Virus record (IMG/VR): IMGVR_UViG_3300033049_000033
Location: 1 to 64,000 of that record
DNA: 64,000 nucleotides
DNA from: a virus
Taxonomy: Duplodnaviria; Heunggongvirae; Uroviricota; Caudoviricetes
Strand: one strand, 5' to 3'
Shown: positions 27,499-37,257 of the stretch, piece by piece
Layout of the letters: every line of letters starts with the position of its first letter
How positions within the stretch are numbered: position 1 is the stretch's first letter
Notes under the pieces: generated by a model
Database searches by the model: none
Told to the model about the DNA's origin: nothing
What the model saw: only the letters and a program-made list of their open reading frames with translations
Program-made: the position numbers and the translations under genes

Positions 27499-28209
27499 AT
27501 GGCGATTTCAGTATTTTTATCACACCAGCTAACATTTAGCTTTGAAGAGGACAAGTTTACGCAATGTTCAAAAACAGAAGCAGTGCGTTACCTGAAAGGT
27601 CTTTACTCTAATAAGACCAGATTTGAGGCAGACTTTTTAAGTGAGTTTGCACCACAAAAGATTTTTGACCCGATTAGAGAATTTATGCTAGAGTCTTGGG
27701 ACGATGCAACTAAATTCACCTATGAGGAAGCGTTTAAGCTTACAGACGAGACTTTCCAACGAATGGTTTTCACATCAGTCGATATTGCTGACATGATGGA
27801 ACACTTAGGAAAGGAAAAGGTAAAAACCGATGGTATACATGTCTCACGTAAAGTATTTGACCGAGATGGAGAATACGTTGAAGACAAAGAGTATGATAAC
27901 GTTTATGAAACCTACCGTATAAATGGTAGTGAGCTAGGACTGAGGACAGCCGTTTATGCAGTGAGATGCTGGTGTACCTCTACCGAGAACGAGCATTGGC
28001 TATGGATTGATGAGCAGTACGCTTCCGACCCACTTGCCGCTATTGCAAGCACGTTCCATATGCATGAAAATGTAATTCCACATATCACGGAATTAAAGAG
28101 ACAGGGTGATATTATGCTAGTTGAACTAGATAGTGATATCACTCCTGAAGGGAATTCAAGACCCTTAACTAAAGATGAGTACTTTGGTCTATTGACCTCT
28201 GAGACATAA
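27499..28209 (+). CDS. hypothetical protein
   Basis: 236 aa; no motif. Confidence 0.5.
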   Translation: MAISVFLSHQLTFSFEEDKFTQCSKTEAVRYLKGLYSNKTRFEADFLSEFAPQKIFDPIREFMLESWDDATKFTYEEAFKLTDETFQRMVFTSVDIADMMEHLGKEKVKTDGIHVSRKVFDRDGEYVEDKEYDNVYETYRINGSELGLRTAVYAVRCWCTSTENEHWLWIDEQYASDPLAAIASTFHMHENVIPHITELKRQGDIMLVELDSDITPEGNSRPLTKDEYFGLLTSET

Positions 28210-28236
28210 TGATTTATTAACCAAAAACAAATAGCT

Positions 28237-28473
28237 ATGAAAAACAAGCAAATTGTAATACTAGAGCCATCTACTAATACTCACTCTTTGGCAGCAGAGA
28301 GCGTAGAAGTAACTGACTTGGGCGGTGGAAACCTAAAACTTAAAGTTGAAGGTTCAGGCATCGTAACCCACGGTGAGCATGGTGTTGTGAGAACAGAAGC
28401 TCCTGACGTAATCAAATACGTTCAGCAAGAGTTGAACCCTATCACAAATGCGTTTCAAAACGCATACGACTAA
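28237..28473 (+). CDS. hypothetical small protein, probably highly expressed
   Basis: 78 aa; immediately followed by a strong intrinsic terminator. Confidence 0.45.
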   Translation: MKNKQIVILEPSTNTHSLAAESVEVTDLGGGNLKLKVEGSGIVTHGEHGVVRTEAPDVIKYVQQELNPITNAFQNAYD

Positions 28474-28497
28474 GGTCGTTAGGAGTATATACGAACA

Positions 28498-28532
28498 AAA
28501 CGCCATAGGATTTCCTATGGCGTTTTTTTTAC
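28498..28532 (+). terminator. rho-independent terminator
   Basis: AAACGCCATAGGA-loop-TCCTATGGCGTTT then TTTTTT. Confidence 0.8.
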
Positions 28533-28539
28533 ATGACAT

Positions 28540-28908
28540 ATGAAATTCCTAATAAAAACAACATATAAAACTTACGGAGCTAAAGACGTAACCCACCACA
28601 ATTTTAAAGGAGGTTGGTTATCTCTTACTAATAAGAGAATAATATCGTTAACTATAGGTTCGGACATTAATCATGTTCGTTGCTGTGGGAATATAATCAA
28701 AGAACTATATGTCCCTCCTCATCTTAAATCCATATGGGTAGATGTTCATCAGAACATAACCAATATTAAGGAGCTGATGGGTACCGATATTAGAATAGTC
28801 TACATTGACTTCACTAAACATGGTAGTGACGTATTTGGTACCACCATGTTAGAGATAGAATTATTAAGTAATCAACTATCACGAATTAGCGCTACACTTG
28901 CATCATAG
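28540..28908 (+). CDS. LRR_5/BspA-like repeat paralog family member 1
   Basis: I-x-E-L-x-V-P-x-x-L repeat and ITNIKEL terminal motif; first of a tandem array. Confidence 0.5.
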   Translation: MKFLIKTTYKTYGAKDVTHHNFKGGWLSLTNKRIISLTIGSDINHVRCCGNIIKELYVPPHLKSIWVDVHQNITNIKELMGTDIRIVYIDFTKHGSDVFGTTMLEIELLSNQLSRISATLAS

Positions 28909-28928
28909 CATTTCGATATTTTGTACCA

Positions 28929-29333
28929 ATGGCCAGAGTAATAAATAAAATCAATTATACGTGTAGGGTAATCGAAGAGACTGATAAGAATCTAGTTGAA
29001 CTTGAGATATCCGAAGGTGCTGAACAAATTTTCTGTGAGAATAATAAGCTAACAGAACTTATTGTTCCTGAAGGTGTTAAAGTAGTATTTTGTGGGGACA
29101 ATGAGTTGACTGAACTTATATTACCTAGCACTGTAACAGCCTTAGATGCTACAAACAATCCAAATCTTAAAAAGGTGACATTACCTGAAAGAATGATATG
29201 GGCTAATTTAGATACGAACACCGAAGTAATTAATCTTAAACAGGTGTCTAAGGACAAAGATATGGTTGTTAGATTCATACCACTTAGTAGTCGAGAAAAT
29301 TGGCGAGAAAGCACTAATATGTTTGTAAGATAA
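28929..29333 (+). CDS. LRR-like paralog family member 2
   Basis: LVELEISEGAEQIF / LTELIVPEGVKVVF / LTELILPSTVTAL repeats; TEVINLKQV motif. Confidence 0.55.
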   Translation: MARVINKINYTCRVIEETDKNLVELEISEGAEQIFCENNKLTELIVPEGVKVVFCGDNELTELILPSTVTALDATNNPNLKKVTLPERMIWANLDTNTEVINLKQVSKDKDMVVRFIPLSSRENWRESTNMFVR

Positions 29334-29887
29334 TGGAAAATAGACACAGAGTAATGGGTCAAATCAGTAAAAGTATATTAGGCTCTGCACTAAGTGTAGA
29401 CGGCATCACACATCCGATATACCCTACAAGTACTTTAGATATTAATGAAAGGCTAAAGGATGTATTCGTATCCAATTGGATTGATTACTCAAGTATGTGG
29501 GCTAATGATTGGGTTGATGTTATCATTTACCGCAACACTAAGGCTAAGATAGCTAAGTTTATTAATTCACCTACTTTAGAGAGAGTTGAATTCCCAGATA
29601 CTATTAAGATGGTTTTGTTGAATGGTGAGAATGTTAATAGAGTAGTGATGGCCGAAGGTGTTGAGTTCTTCTTTGCTAGAAAGTGTAAGAATTTGAAAGA
29701 GATATACTTGCCGAGGTCGATTAAGAAAGCTGTTCTTCCTTCTACCTGCACAGTTATTAATTTTGAGGAAGTAAGTGCCAACGTTAATATGGAGGTTGTT
29801 TATGATGCTAAGTATCTTATTGAAATAGATGAAATAAGAAATATTATGGCACAAATACTGAGAGATAATGTAGATATTAATGTTTGA
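29333..29887 (+). CDS. LRR-like paralog family member 3
   Basis: LERVEFPDTIKMVLL, LKEIYLPRSIKKAVLP repeats; CTVINFEEV motif; start overlaps previous stop. Confidence 0.55.
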   Translation: MENRHRVMGQISKSILGSALSVDGITHPIYPTSTLDINERLKDVFVSNWIDYSSMWANDWVDVIIYRNTKAKIAKFINSPTLERVEFPDTIKMVLLNGENVNRVVMAEGVEFFFARKCKNLKEIYLPRSIKKAVLPSTCTVINFEEVSANVNMEVVYDAKYLIEIDEIRNIMAQILRDNVDINV

Positions 29888-30275
29888 TGGTTATGTCGTC
29901 ACGACAGACGGTCAAATACAGGTATTAAAGTATAATCACCACAACGAGGGATGGGTGAACTTTAATAAGTTAATGATTAATATTAGACCATACCTTAAAC
30001 CAATAGTGGGTAGAGATGAATATGGTAGCGTATCATTAATATCGTTGGAGATAAAGGAAATTGTGTTTCCGTTGGCCGTTAGAAGTATTACGTTAGTCGG
30101 ATGTAAATTCGATAACGTAGAGTTATCCATTCCATTATATAGTGGGAGCACCGCAAGGATATTTAGATGTGATAATCTTAAGATTAGGAACATAATGCAT
30201 TGGGCGGCATCTGATGATGCTAGTCTAACATTTGGGATAGGTAACATTCCAACAGAAGGATTAGGGTTTGAGTGA
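29880..30275 (+). CDS. LRR-like paralog family member 4
   Basis: IKEIVFPLAVRSITLVGCKFDNVELSIP repeats. Confidence 0.5.
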   Translation: MFDGYVVTTDGQIQVLKYNHHNEGWVNFNKLMINIRPYLKPIVGRDEYGSVSLISLEIKEIVFPLAVRSITLVGCKFDNVELSIPLYSGSTARIFRCDNLKIRNIMHWAASDDASLTFGIGNIPTEGLGFE

Positions 30276-30714
30276 TATAGAACGTAAGATAGGGATAGCT
30301 AAGTATCGTGGTACTGATAAATATGACAGTATATTGTCCGAGGTATCAGTTGTATACTTGTATGATAATACAGAAGAGTTAATACTGTACGGTGACTACA
30401 TTAGGGAATTTAGACTTAAGTCGTTACACCCACTTAATTTACTATCCATATGTAACGCAACCAATTTAGAAAAATTTATCATTGGGGGGTTTGTTTTTGG
30501 AGGAACCCCCATGGCGACCACTATAAGTCCCATAACTGAATTATTGTTGCCACCTAACCTTCAAGAATTAGATATTCGTGCATTACACTTGAAGGAGGTG
30601 TATTTGCCAGATTCAATAACACTTGCTATAGTGAATAGTAAAACTTTTGTTGTAAATCAGCACGATTTTATCAGAAATAATAATAAAGTACTAAGATATG
30701 TCAAATTTGAATAA
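30268..30714 (+). CDS. LRR-like paralog family member 5
   Basis: ITELLLPPNLQELDI, LKEVYLPDSITLAIV repeats. Confidence 0.5.
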   Translation: MSDIERKIGIAKYRGTDKYDSILSEVSVVYLYDNTEELILYGDYIREFRLKSLHPLNLLSICNATNLEKFIIGGFVFGGTPMATTISPITELLLPPNLQELDIRALHLKEVYLPDSITLAIVNSKTFVVNQHDFIRNNNKVLRYVKFE

Positions 30715-30892
30715 TATACAGGAGTATGAACCATTAAATAAGGATTCATTTGATAGGTTCACGTCAACCTATTTAGATAACCAAGCCAAAGCAATGGAAA
30801 AGGCTTTATTATACGTTAGAAGGGCAGAAATTATGATAAATCACCACAATGAGACAGTTAATATTATAACCTTCTTATTCAAAAACCTATGA
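30698..30892 (+). CDS. hypothetical protein
   Basis: 64 aa ORF inside the array; no family motif. Confidence 0.35.
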   Translation: MSNLNNIQEYEPLNKDSFDRFTSTYLDNQAKAMEKALLYVRRAEIMINHHNETVNIITFLFKNL

Positions 30893-31167
30893 TAGAAAAT
30901 AAAGATATATTTAATCTCGATATGTATCAGGATAAACCCATTAGGTTTCTCCCACCTGCAACTATGATGTCTGGTCTTGGTGAGCATTTAGAGCATTTCG
31001 AACATGGTGTACCTCTTATGAACATGACAATAATAGACCACAGTATTTTACTACCACCTAAGCCAAATGGTGAGGCTTTTGAATTGGCTATAGATAGGAT
31101 AGGGATAATGTTCCGAACGCTGGCCGATAAGAAGTCTGGACTAACTTTTTTATTCGAAGATTTATGA
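30889..31167 (+). CDS. hypothetical protein
   Basis: 92 aa ORF inside the array. Confidence 0.4.
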   Translation: MIENKDIFNLDMYQDKPIRFLPPATMMSGLGEHLEHFEHGVPLMNMTIIDHSILLPPKPNGEAFELAIDRIGIMFRTLADKKSGLTFLFEDL

Positions 31168-31826
31168 GCATTATAAGACTGAATAGTTGGGGACAACAAA
31201 TAGCTTCGTATTGGCCACAGATACCTAATAACACTCTATTTGGTGAATATCATTACATCGGTATGAACGATAATTACCTAATAACACCTGAGAATAACGT
31301 TGAAATTGACGACCATGATGGCATCCCATTTATCAGAGTATCTGTTGAGCATCATGCAATGGATTACTTTGTACTGTATAATAATCCACTAAATGCTATA
31401 AAGATACTTAATGTGCGTGGCGACTTAATACAGAAGTTACTAATAGAAGACTCAGTACCTTACATAATTGTAAGAGCGCCTATGGTCACAGAACTAACCC
31501 TTCCTGACGGTATTATTGCATTGGTGATGCATAACATAGGATTTAAAGAGATAATGGTTCCTCAGAGCCTTAAATTCCTTGTGGTGCCACACGACATACA
31601 TATAATCAATTTAGAAGAACTGAAATATAGAGACGATGTAACCATTATCATTAATAACAAACAGAATGAGGTTAGAAGGATGCTAGACTCACCAACTCAT
31701 CAATTACACACCCAAATATTTAAAGATGAAAGAATTACTGACCCTCTTATGGAAATGCAGCCCTTTTCCAGCAATGATAGAACTCATATTATTGATGATG
31801 GACTTCCTACTTGGGAGGATGAGTGA
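31164..31826 (+). CDS. LRR-like paralog family member 6
   Basis: VTELTLPDGIIALVMHNIGFKEIMVPQSLKFLVVP; IHIINLEEL motif. Confidence 0.55.
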   Translation: MSIIRLNSWGQQIASYWPQIPNNTLFGEYHYIGMNDNYLITPENNVEIDDHDGIPFIRVSVEHHAMDYFVLYNNPLNAIKILNVRGDLIQKLLIEDSVPYIIVRAPMVTELTLPDGIIALVMHNIGFKEIMVPQSLKFLVVPHDIHIINLEELKYRDDVTIIINNKQNEVRRMLDSPTHQLHTQIFKDERITDPLMEMQPFSSNDRTHIIDDGLPTWEDE

Positions 31827-31942
31827 TGGTAGACCCATCGGCATCGTAAGTAGGGAAGGGTGGAAACGTATGGATGAAATGGATGATGCTGCTGAACGCA
31901 TATTCGAAATTGAGCGAGATAAATTAAATGGACTAAAATGAC

Positions 31943-31978
31943 TTGCATATGTCAAATATTTTACGTATCTTTGTGATA
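31943..31978 (+). promoter_or_regulatory. family-A promoter ACTTGCATATGTCAAATATTTTACGTATCTTTG
   Basis: TTG 31943-31945; TATCTTTG 31966-31973. Confidence 0.6.
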
Positions 31979-32232
31979 TGCACGTTTTAATTCTTCTATT
32001 CTTACTGGCGGCTGTACTAATATTTGGCACTATATGGTTGATATATAGTATGATACGTAGTAAAATTATGTTATTTCTGGGATATAAACAATATGAGTTG
32101 ACCAAAATTTTATCTTTTGGTGGCTTTAAAGTAGACTTTGTGTGGAAAAAGACTGATAATGAGGTACTTGCGATGTCTAGAAGATACGACATTGTAACTG
32201 AAATCAAACCTAACAACAGGAAAGTAAGATGA
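31978..32232 (+). CDS. small membrane protein
   Basis: 84 aa; N-terminal TM MHVLILLFLLAAVLIFGTIWLIY. Confidence 0.4.
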   Translation: MHVLILLFLLAAVLIFGTIWLIYSMIRSKIMLFLGYKQYELTKILSFGGFKVDFVWKKTDNEVLAMSRRYDIVTEIKPNNRKVR

Positions 32233-32296
32233 GTGGAGTATATTGTGGTGGAGGTGGAAAAGAGTTTATTAATAAAACTAAACATATCTGTATATC

Positions 32297-32746
32297 GTGA
32301 AATATGTAGTAGGACATTATATAGATTATGATGGTAACATAGAATACTTAGAGAATAATAAACGTTATATTCTCCCATCTAAGAAGTTACAAGAGATTTA
32401 TATCCCAGATGGCGCGATAAGTGTAGAAATATTAAGTGTTAGTTGTCAAAGTATTATACTACCTTCTTCAGTAATTAAATTAAACTTACATTGTGAGGAT
32501 ATTAATGAAGTAGTGTTACCTGTCAACCCAGAATTAGACTACTTCAGTTTGACTACAAAGACGAAGATTAAGAATCTAAATGATTTGGTAGGATTCAATG
32601 GCATAGTAGATATATGGACATTAAAACATGAGGATTATCCATATCGATTTAGGCCAAGTGTTAGTATTATACTCATTGAAGCAGACACTGAATATGAATT
32701 AGAAGGATATAAAGAAGATGCAAAACAAGAACTTCAAGAACGATAA
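32297..32746 (+). CDS. LRR-like paralog family member 7
   Basis: LQEIYIPDGAISVEIL, IILPSSVIKLNL, INEVVLPVNPEL; TKIKNLNDL motif. Confidence 0.55.
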   Translation: MKYVVGHYIDYDGNIEYLENNKRYILPSKKLQEIYIPDGAISVEILSVSCQSIILPSSVIKLNLHCEDINEVVLPVNPELDYFSLTTKTKIKNLNDLVGFNGIVDIWTLKHEDYPYRFRPSVSIILIEADTEYELEGYKEDAKQELQER

Positions 32747-33125
32747 ACGTAAAGAACCTAACGGTTGGTATGTAACTAAATCTGGTAAGGAAGAACCATT
32801 ACTAGAGAGGTTTCCACAAGAGTTAGAAATTAAAGAATTACACATCGCTGAAGGTGTGTATCGGGTGGTGATGAATAATATTCCAGATATGGAACTATTT
32901 CTACCTAACAGTCTAAGTAGTATTGCACTACATAATTGTGGTATTAAAGAAGTAACCCTACCAAAGGATACTTATTATGTTACAATCCCTACAAATACCA
33001 CTATAACTAATCTAAATGAAGTAGCCAATAATAAGAACATTTCTATTAAGATATATAAAAATGTAGATGAGCCAACTCTCCGACAAGAGAGTAGAGTCGT
33101 AGAAGTATTTCACATAGCAATATAA
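32718..33125 (+). CDS. LRR-like paralog family member 8
   Basis: IKELHIAEGVYRVVM, MELFLPNSLSSIAL, IKEVTLPKDTYYVTIP; TTITNLNEV motif. Confidence 0.55.
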   Translation: MQNKNFKNDKRKEPNGWYVTKSGKEEPLLERFPQELEIKELHIAEGVYRVVMNNIPDMELFLPNSLSSIALHNCGIKEVTLPKDTYYVTIPTNTTITNLNEVANNKNISIKIYKNVDEPTLRQESRVVEVFHIAI

Positions 33126-33535
33126 TGGACGGATATATTACATTAATGGACGGTAGCATAAGACCAATACAAAAATCTGGTCACTATGATATTATTTGTA
33201 ACGAGTTAACTAATGAGGTTGAGGTAAGACATGAAAGACTGTCTTACATGTCATCTCATATGACAAATACAGTTAAGGTCGTTACAAATGGAGTTAACAT
33301 AGCTGAATTGGTATTACCCAAAGCTACTGAAGCTTTAGAAATATACGATTCGGTAGACATAGAGACCACGGGAATATTTGGCCAGAGAACTAAGCGGTAT
33401 GGGAGTAAAATAAATAGCCCAATGACCTTACCAAAGGCCATCAAATACGTGCAAATACCATTAGGTATCAAGATAACTAATCTAGGGGATTTCAAAGGTA
33501 ATAAAAAAGTAGATATACGATTTAGAATAAGATGA
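33125..33535 (+). CDS. LRR-like paralog family member 9
   Basis: IAELVLPKATEALEI; IKITNLGDF motif. Confidence 0.5.
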   Translation: MDGYITLMDGSIRPIQKSGHYDIICNELTNEVEVRHERLSYMSSHMTNTVKVVTNGVNIAELVLPKATEALEIYDSVDIETTGIFGQRTKRYGSKINSPMTLPKAIKYVQIPLGIKITNLGDFKGNKKVDIRFRIR

Positions 33536-34038
33536 ACGATGAAAGCATAGTATCACGAGACCTCCTTAAAACAATGGAGAGTCCAAGGGGTCGACAAATA
33601 CGACACACTATTAACATTCCAGTAGGTGAATTTGATTATGATGAGATAGTAATAACAGATGGTGTAACAGACCTTAATGTATTCTATGCAGATGATGTTA
33701 AATTAACCCTCCCAGAGAGCGCATTCAATATCAATACTGAATATTCTAAGATAACTGAGTTAAACCTCTCTACTCACTTGTATAGAGGTAAGATACGCTC
33801 TGACACTAAGATAGTTAACGAGGATGATATACCTGAAATCACTAAGGAGCAATCTAGTAATGGCTGGCGCCCAACCGCAGACCTAGAATTCGTCACGGAA
33901 TCAAGCTTAGATATGGTACGATTACAAGGATGTTGGATATGTATGGGTGAAGTCACCAAAGAAATAGTCCATATATGTGCTAAAACCCCAGAACATCATA
34001 GTTTTGAGGTGGGAGAACGATTAATAATATTAAAATAA
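33532..34038 (+). CDS. LRR-like paralog family member 10 with C-terminal CxxC...HIC zinc-ribbon-like tail
   Basis: VKLTLPESAFNINTEYSKITELNL; C-terminal CWICMGEVTKEIVHIC. Confidence 0.5.
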   Translation: MNDESIVSRDLLKTMESPRGRQIRHTINIPVGEFDYDEIVITDGVTDLNVFYADDVKLTLPESAFNINTEYSKITELNLSTHLYRGKIRSDTKIVNEDDIPEITKEQSSNGWRPTADLEFVTESSLDMVRLQGCWICMGEVTKEIVHICAKTPEHHSFEVGERLIILK

Positions 34039-34048
34039 AGTTTATACA

Positions 34049-34528
34049 ATGAAAAATACGCTAGTGACATCTGAAACAGCTATGATGGCCAAAGACAAGG
34101 GCTTTGATTGGAATTGTCCTAACTATTCTAACGAGTATGGTGCGTTAAAGAATATTGATAATTACTTAAACGTATTCTGGTCGTGTAATTCTAATGTACA
34201 ATATAATTGTCGATTCTATAACATCAAAAATAAGGACAAACTGATTAAGATGATGATAATACCTAGCCAATCTATTCTACAGCAATGGCTTAGAGAGGAA
34301 TGTAACATCCATATATCAGTACATAAGAACGTCTACAAGAATTCCGACCATGATGATTTTGTAACCGAGTTTACGGCAACCATTAATGACTTTGATAAGA
34401 CACATATTGATTATAATGAGGGGCTGAGGTTCTCTACCAAAATACCTGAGCATGCACATGCTAGCGATAAATCATCATATGAAGATGCACTTGAAGAAGC
34501 ACTAACTATAGGATTGGGAATGATATGA
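34049..34528 (+). CDS. hypothetical protein (paralog of the next ORF)
   Basis: 159 aa; shares MAKDKGF / ILQQWLREECNIHISVHKN with the 34525 ORF. Confidence 0.45.
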   Translation: MKNTLVTSETAMMAKDKGFDWNCPNYSNEYGALKNIDNYLNVFWSCNSNVQYNCRFYNIKNKDKLIKMMIIPSQSILQQWLREECNIHISVHKNVYKNSDHDDFVTEFTATINDFDKTHIDYNEGLRFSTKIPEHAHASDKSSYEDALEEALTIGLGMI

Positions 34529-34932
34529 TATTGAAATACGAAACATGTTTATTAGCCAAAGAGAAAGGTTATCCACAAGGAGAGACCTACGATTTCTGGA
34601 TGGCCGATGCTAAAACCATAACGGATAAGCATTATCGAAGCTTCTTAGGTCTTAATGACGAAGAATTTGAAGCACTGTTAGCTGCTCCGACACAAGACCG
34701 TATTGAGAGGTGGCTTAGGGATGAACAATCTATATACCTTAAAGCCCACCCAATCAACACAGGTCAATTGGTTCTTAATTGGGAATTTGTAATATTCTTT
34801 TTAAAGCAACCATTAGAAGGGACTGATGGATTTCATAATAAAATGTCTCTACACGTAGAACCTTACTTCTGGAATTCATACGAAGAAGCTACAGAAGCTG
34901 GCATACAAGAAGCATTGAGACAAATCAAATGA
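34525..34932 (+). CDS. hypothetical protein (paralog of the previous ORF)
   Basis: 135 aa; LAKEKGY / IERWLRDEQSIYLKAHPIN. Confidence 0.45.
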   Translation: MILKYETCLLAKEKGYPQGETYDFWMADAKTITDKHYRSFLGLNDEEFEALLAAPTQDRIERWLRDEQSIYLKAHPINTGQLVLNWEFVIFFLKQPLEGTDGFHNKMSLHVEPYFWNSYEEATEAGIQEALRQIK

Positions 34933-35429
34933 GTAGTAGACTCGACATTAATAGAAGAATGTCCAAATATTCAGCAGATAATGTCGTATATAACACACTT
35001 GACCTATTACCACAAGAACTTGACCAGTTCAGTGACCTTATTATAGATGAAGGGGTTAACACTATTTTTATATACAATTTCTCCCACCCCCAACTGACAT
35101 TACCTAATAGTGCGACAATTATAGTTCTATCCCATTCTCCTATTCCTAACTTGACCTTACCTGACAGTAGCCATAGATTTATTAGAACATTTCTGATAAA
35201 TAATAAGACTAATGTAAGTAATTTACATGAATACATTAATAAGACTCATAAAAATACCGACATAAATTATTGTAATAGTCAAGAGGATATTAGTTGTATA
35301 GTTTGTGATAGACAACTTAAGAGTGAGACTTATACAAATAAAGACGTACATATTTGTATGAGTAAGCGCTTCACTGACGGAACTGATGCCTATAGGCATC
35401 AATTTAAGAAGTTATTTTTTCTTAAATAG
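34929..35429 (+). CDS. LRR-like paralog family member 11 with C-terminal CxxC...HIC tail
   Basis: LTLPNSATIIVLSHSPIPNLTLPDSSHRFI; TNVSNLHEY; CIVCDRQLKSETYTNKDVHIC. Confidence 0.5.
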   Translation: MSSRLDINRRMSKYSADNVVYNTLDLLPQELDQFSDLIIDEGVNTIFIYNFSHPQLTLPNSATIIVLSHSPIPNLTLPDSSHRFIRTFLINNKTNVSNLHEYINKTHKNTDINYCNSQEDISCIVCDRQLKSETYTNKDVHICMSKRFTDGTDAYRHQFKKLFFLK

Positions 35430-35430
35430 A

Positions 35431-35467
35431 TTTGCATATGTCAAATCTTTTTCGTATCTTTGTACTA
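35431..35467 (+). promoter_or_regulatory. family-A promoter TTTGCATATGTCAAATCTTTTTCGTATCTTTG
   Basis: TTTG 35431-35434; TATCTTTG 35455-35462. Confidence 0.6.
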
Positions 35468-35543
35468 TAAATCAACGGGAGGACACTATTCAAATTTATA
35501 CGACCAAGAACACGAGAGGTACGAACCACTTAAACCAATAATT

Positions 35544-35954
35544 ATGGAAAACAGTAAAACATATGGTAGTTGGAAAGTAACTACTGAAGGAGATGTCGAA
35601 GGTAAAAGTATAAAATATCTTGGAGATTTTATTGGTAATCTAGAAGATATAGCTTTTCATTTAGCTAATAAGTGCTTCTACTCTCTTAGATTCACAAAGC
35701 TTGAGGAAATTAATGAGTATGAGATTACCAATAAAGATGTGAATATTAGCTTCGACAATCTTTATTCTACTGAAGACCTCTTACCTGCTGCTAAAGAATT
35801 GTTCTCAGACAACCCAACAGTGTTGGTCGAGAAAAGTAACTTCTATAATAGTGTTAGGTTAAGAACCACCAAAAAGGTTACACCAGACAAACGTGCAGAG
35901 GCGTTGGCTAAACTATCAACAGAAGACAAGAAAGTCTTAGGTTTACTAAAGTAA
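35544..35954 (+). CDS. hypothetical protein
   Basis: 136 aa from MENSKTYGSW; the upstream in-frame ATG at 35460 lies inside the promoter. Confidence 0.45.
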   Translation: MENSKTYGSWKVTTEGDVEGKSIKYLGDFIGNLEDIAFHLANKCFYSLRFTKLEEINEYEITNKDVNISFDNLYSTEDLLPAAKELFSDNPTVLVEKSNFYNSVRLRTTKKVTPDKRAEALAKLSTEDKKVLGLLK

Positions 35955-35956
35955 TA

Positions 35957-36217
35957 GTGGGACAACCTATGCTTCCGCTTGTAGGTAAACCAGTCGTTGG
36001 TAAGAAGTACCACATGACTTGGGGATTGAGTAAAGGTGTGGTTGGTAAGTGCTACCAAGTTGATGAAGACGATAAAACGGCACTACTAAGAACACCAAGC
36101 ACAGCCAAACCATTTAAGTATCCTGTGCCGTGGAGCCAATTACTCCATACTAGAGCACAACAAGATAGAATTGAACAAGGGCTAGACCCTTACGAAGGAG
36201 ATAAACCACTAACGTAA
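35957..36217 (+). CDS. hypothetical protein
   Basis: 86 aa ORF. Confidence 0.4.
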   Translation: MGQPMLPLVGKPVVGKKYHMTWGLSKGVVGKCYQVDEDDKTALLRTPSTAKPFKYPVPWSQLLHTRAQQDRIEQGLDPYEGDKPLT

Positions 36218-36219
36218 CC

Positions 36220-36417
36220 ATGAGTTATAAAGAAGTACGAATGAAACAAGAGATTAAGGATAGGAGATACATTGCCAAGTTAGAAGCGGCAGTCAAGAAA
36301 ATTCCAAACATATATATGGAAGGTGCAATGGATAAGGATTGGGGATACACTGGTGATGACCTAGACATACGACAAGATAAGTACCAGAAGAAAGTTGACA
36401 AATTAATACGAAACTGA
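36220..36417 (+). CDS. hypothetical protein
   Basis: 65 aa ORF. Confidence 0.35.
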   Translation: MSYKEVRMKQEIKDRRYIAKLEAAVKKIPNIYMEGAMDKDWGYTGDDLDIRQDKYQKKVDKLIRN

Positions 36418-36481
36418 TGGAGAAACGCACCGCACAGGTAATAATGTTACCCACAAACAAGACCACCCTGTATGTGACTAC

Positions 36482-37006
36482 ATGGGCTTGCACTATAATG
36501 CTTTAGATAATGACTATAAAAACTATCAAAAGCAACATCTATACTTTACAGTTGAAGAGGATATTGTTGAGGGAGATTGGTACTACGTGTCAGGAGGTGT
36601 AGGGCAATCAGTTGGTGTATACCAAGCAGAGGCTAATCCAGTTAACAACGACTGGCGACATAAAATTGTTGCAACCACTGATTTACTTTGGGTACATGCA
36701 ACAGGAATGGTTACAATACCCCGACCTAAAGTTAGATTCGTAATGGACTTCTGTAATAAGCCAGTTAAAACGGTGGAAATTGAATATACTTCGGCTGGTT
36801 ATGCTAATGCCATGCACATGGATTCTGGAGTAGCACCTGACGTATCTAAGGTAAAGGTGAATATTAATAATGAAATTACTATCCTAGACCCCACCCTGTA
36901 CTCTAAAGAAGAATTAATCGATGCAATCTATTCATATTGGAATGAACTACATGGAGACGGACAGCATAACCCAAAGCTAATCAACTGGATTAAAAACACA
37001 TTATAA
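36482..37006 (+). CDS. hypothetical protein
   Basis: 174 aa ORF. Confidence 0.45.
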   Translation: MGLHYNALDNDYKNYQKQHLYFTVEEDIVEGDWYYVSGGVGQSVGVYQAEANPVNNDWRHKIVATTDLLWVHATGMVTIPRPKVRFVMDFCNKPVKTVEIEYTSAGYANAMHMDSGVAPDVSKVKVNINNEITILDPTLYSKEELIDAIYSYWNELHGDGQHNPKLINWIKNTL

Positions 37007-37257
37007 TGAAGAGTGAGAAAATGCAAGCAGTTATCGATATGGCACTCATTATGGGGCTGAGGTTCAATGAGCCTGATAATTATCCTGACATGCTTGAGAG
37101 AGAGATTGTACTCTTCAATGGCGCCAACACACAACGTATACTAATAGACACTACGCAAGAATGGGACGAAATCTACAAAGTATTAGGTGAGGAACTCATA
37201 AAGTTTGGTGAGATACAAAAAGCTCAAGAAATTAATATCGCATTAAACCCTTGGTGA
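37006..37257 (+). CDS. hypothetical protein
   Basis: 83 aa; ATGA-coupled. Confidence 0.4.
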   Translation: MKSEKMQAVIDMALIMGLRFNEPDNYPDMLEREIVLFNGANTQRILIDTTQEWDEIYKVLGEELIKFGEIQKAQEINIALNPW

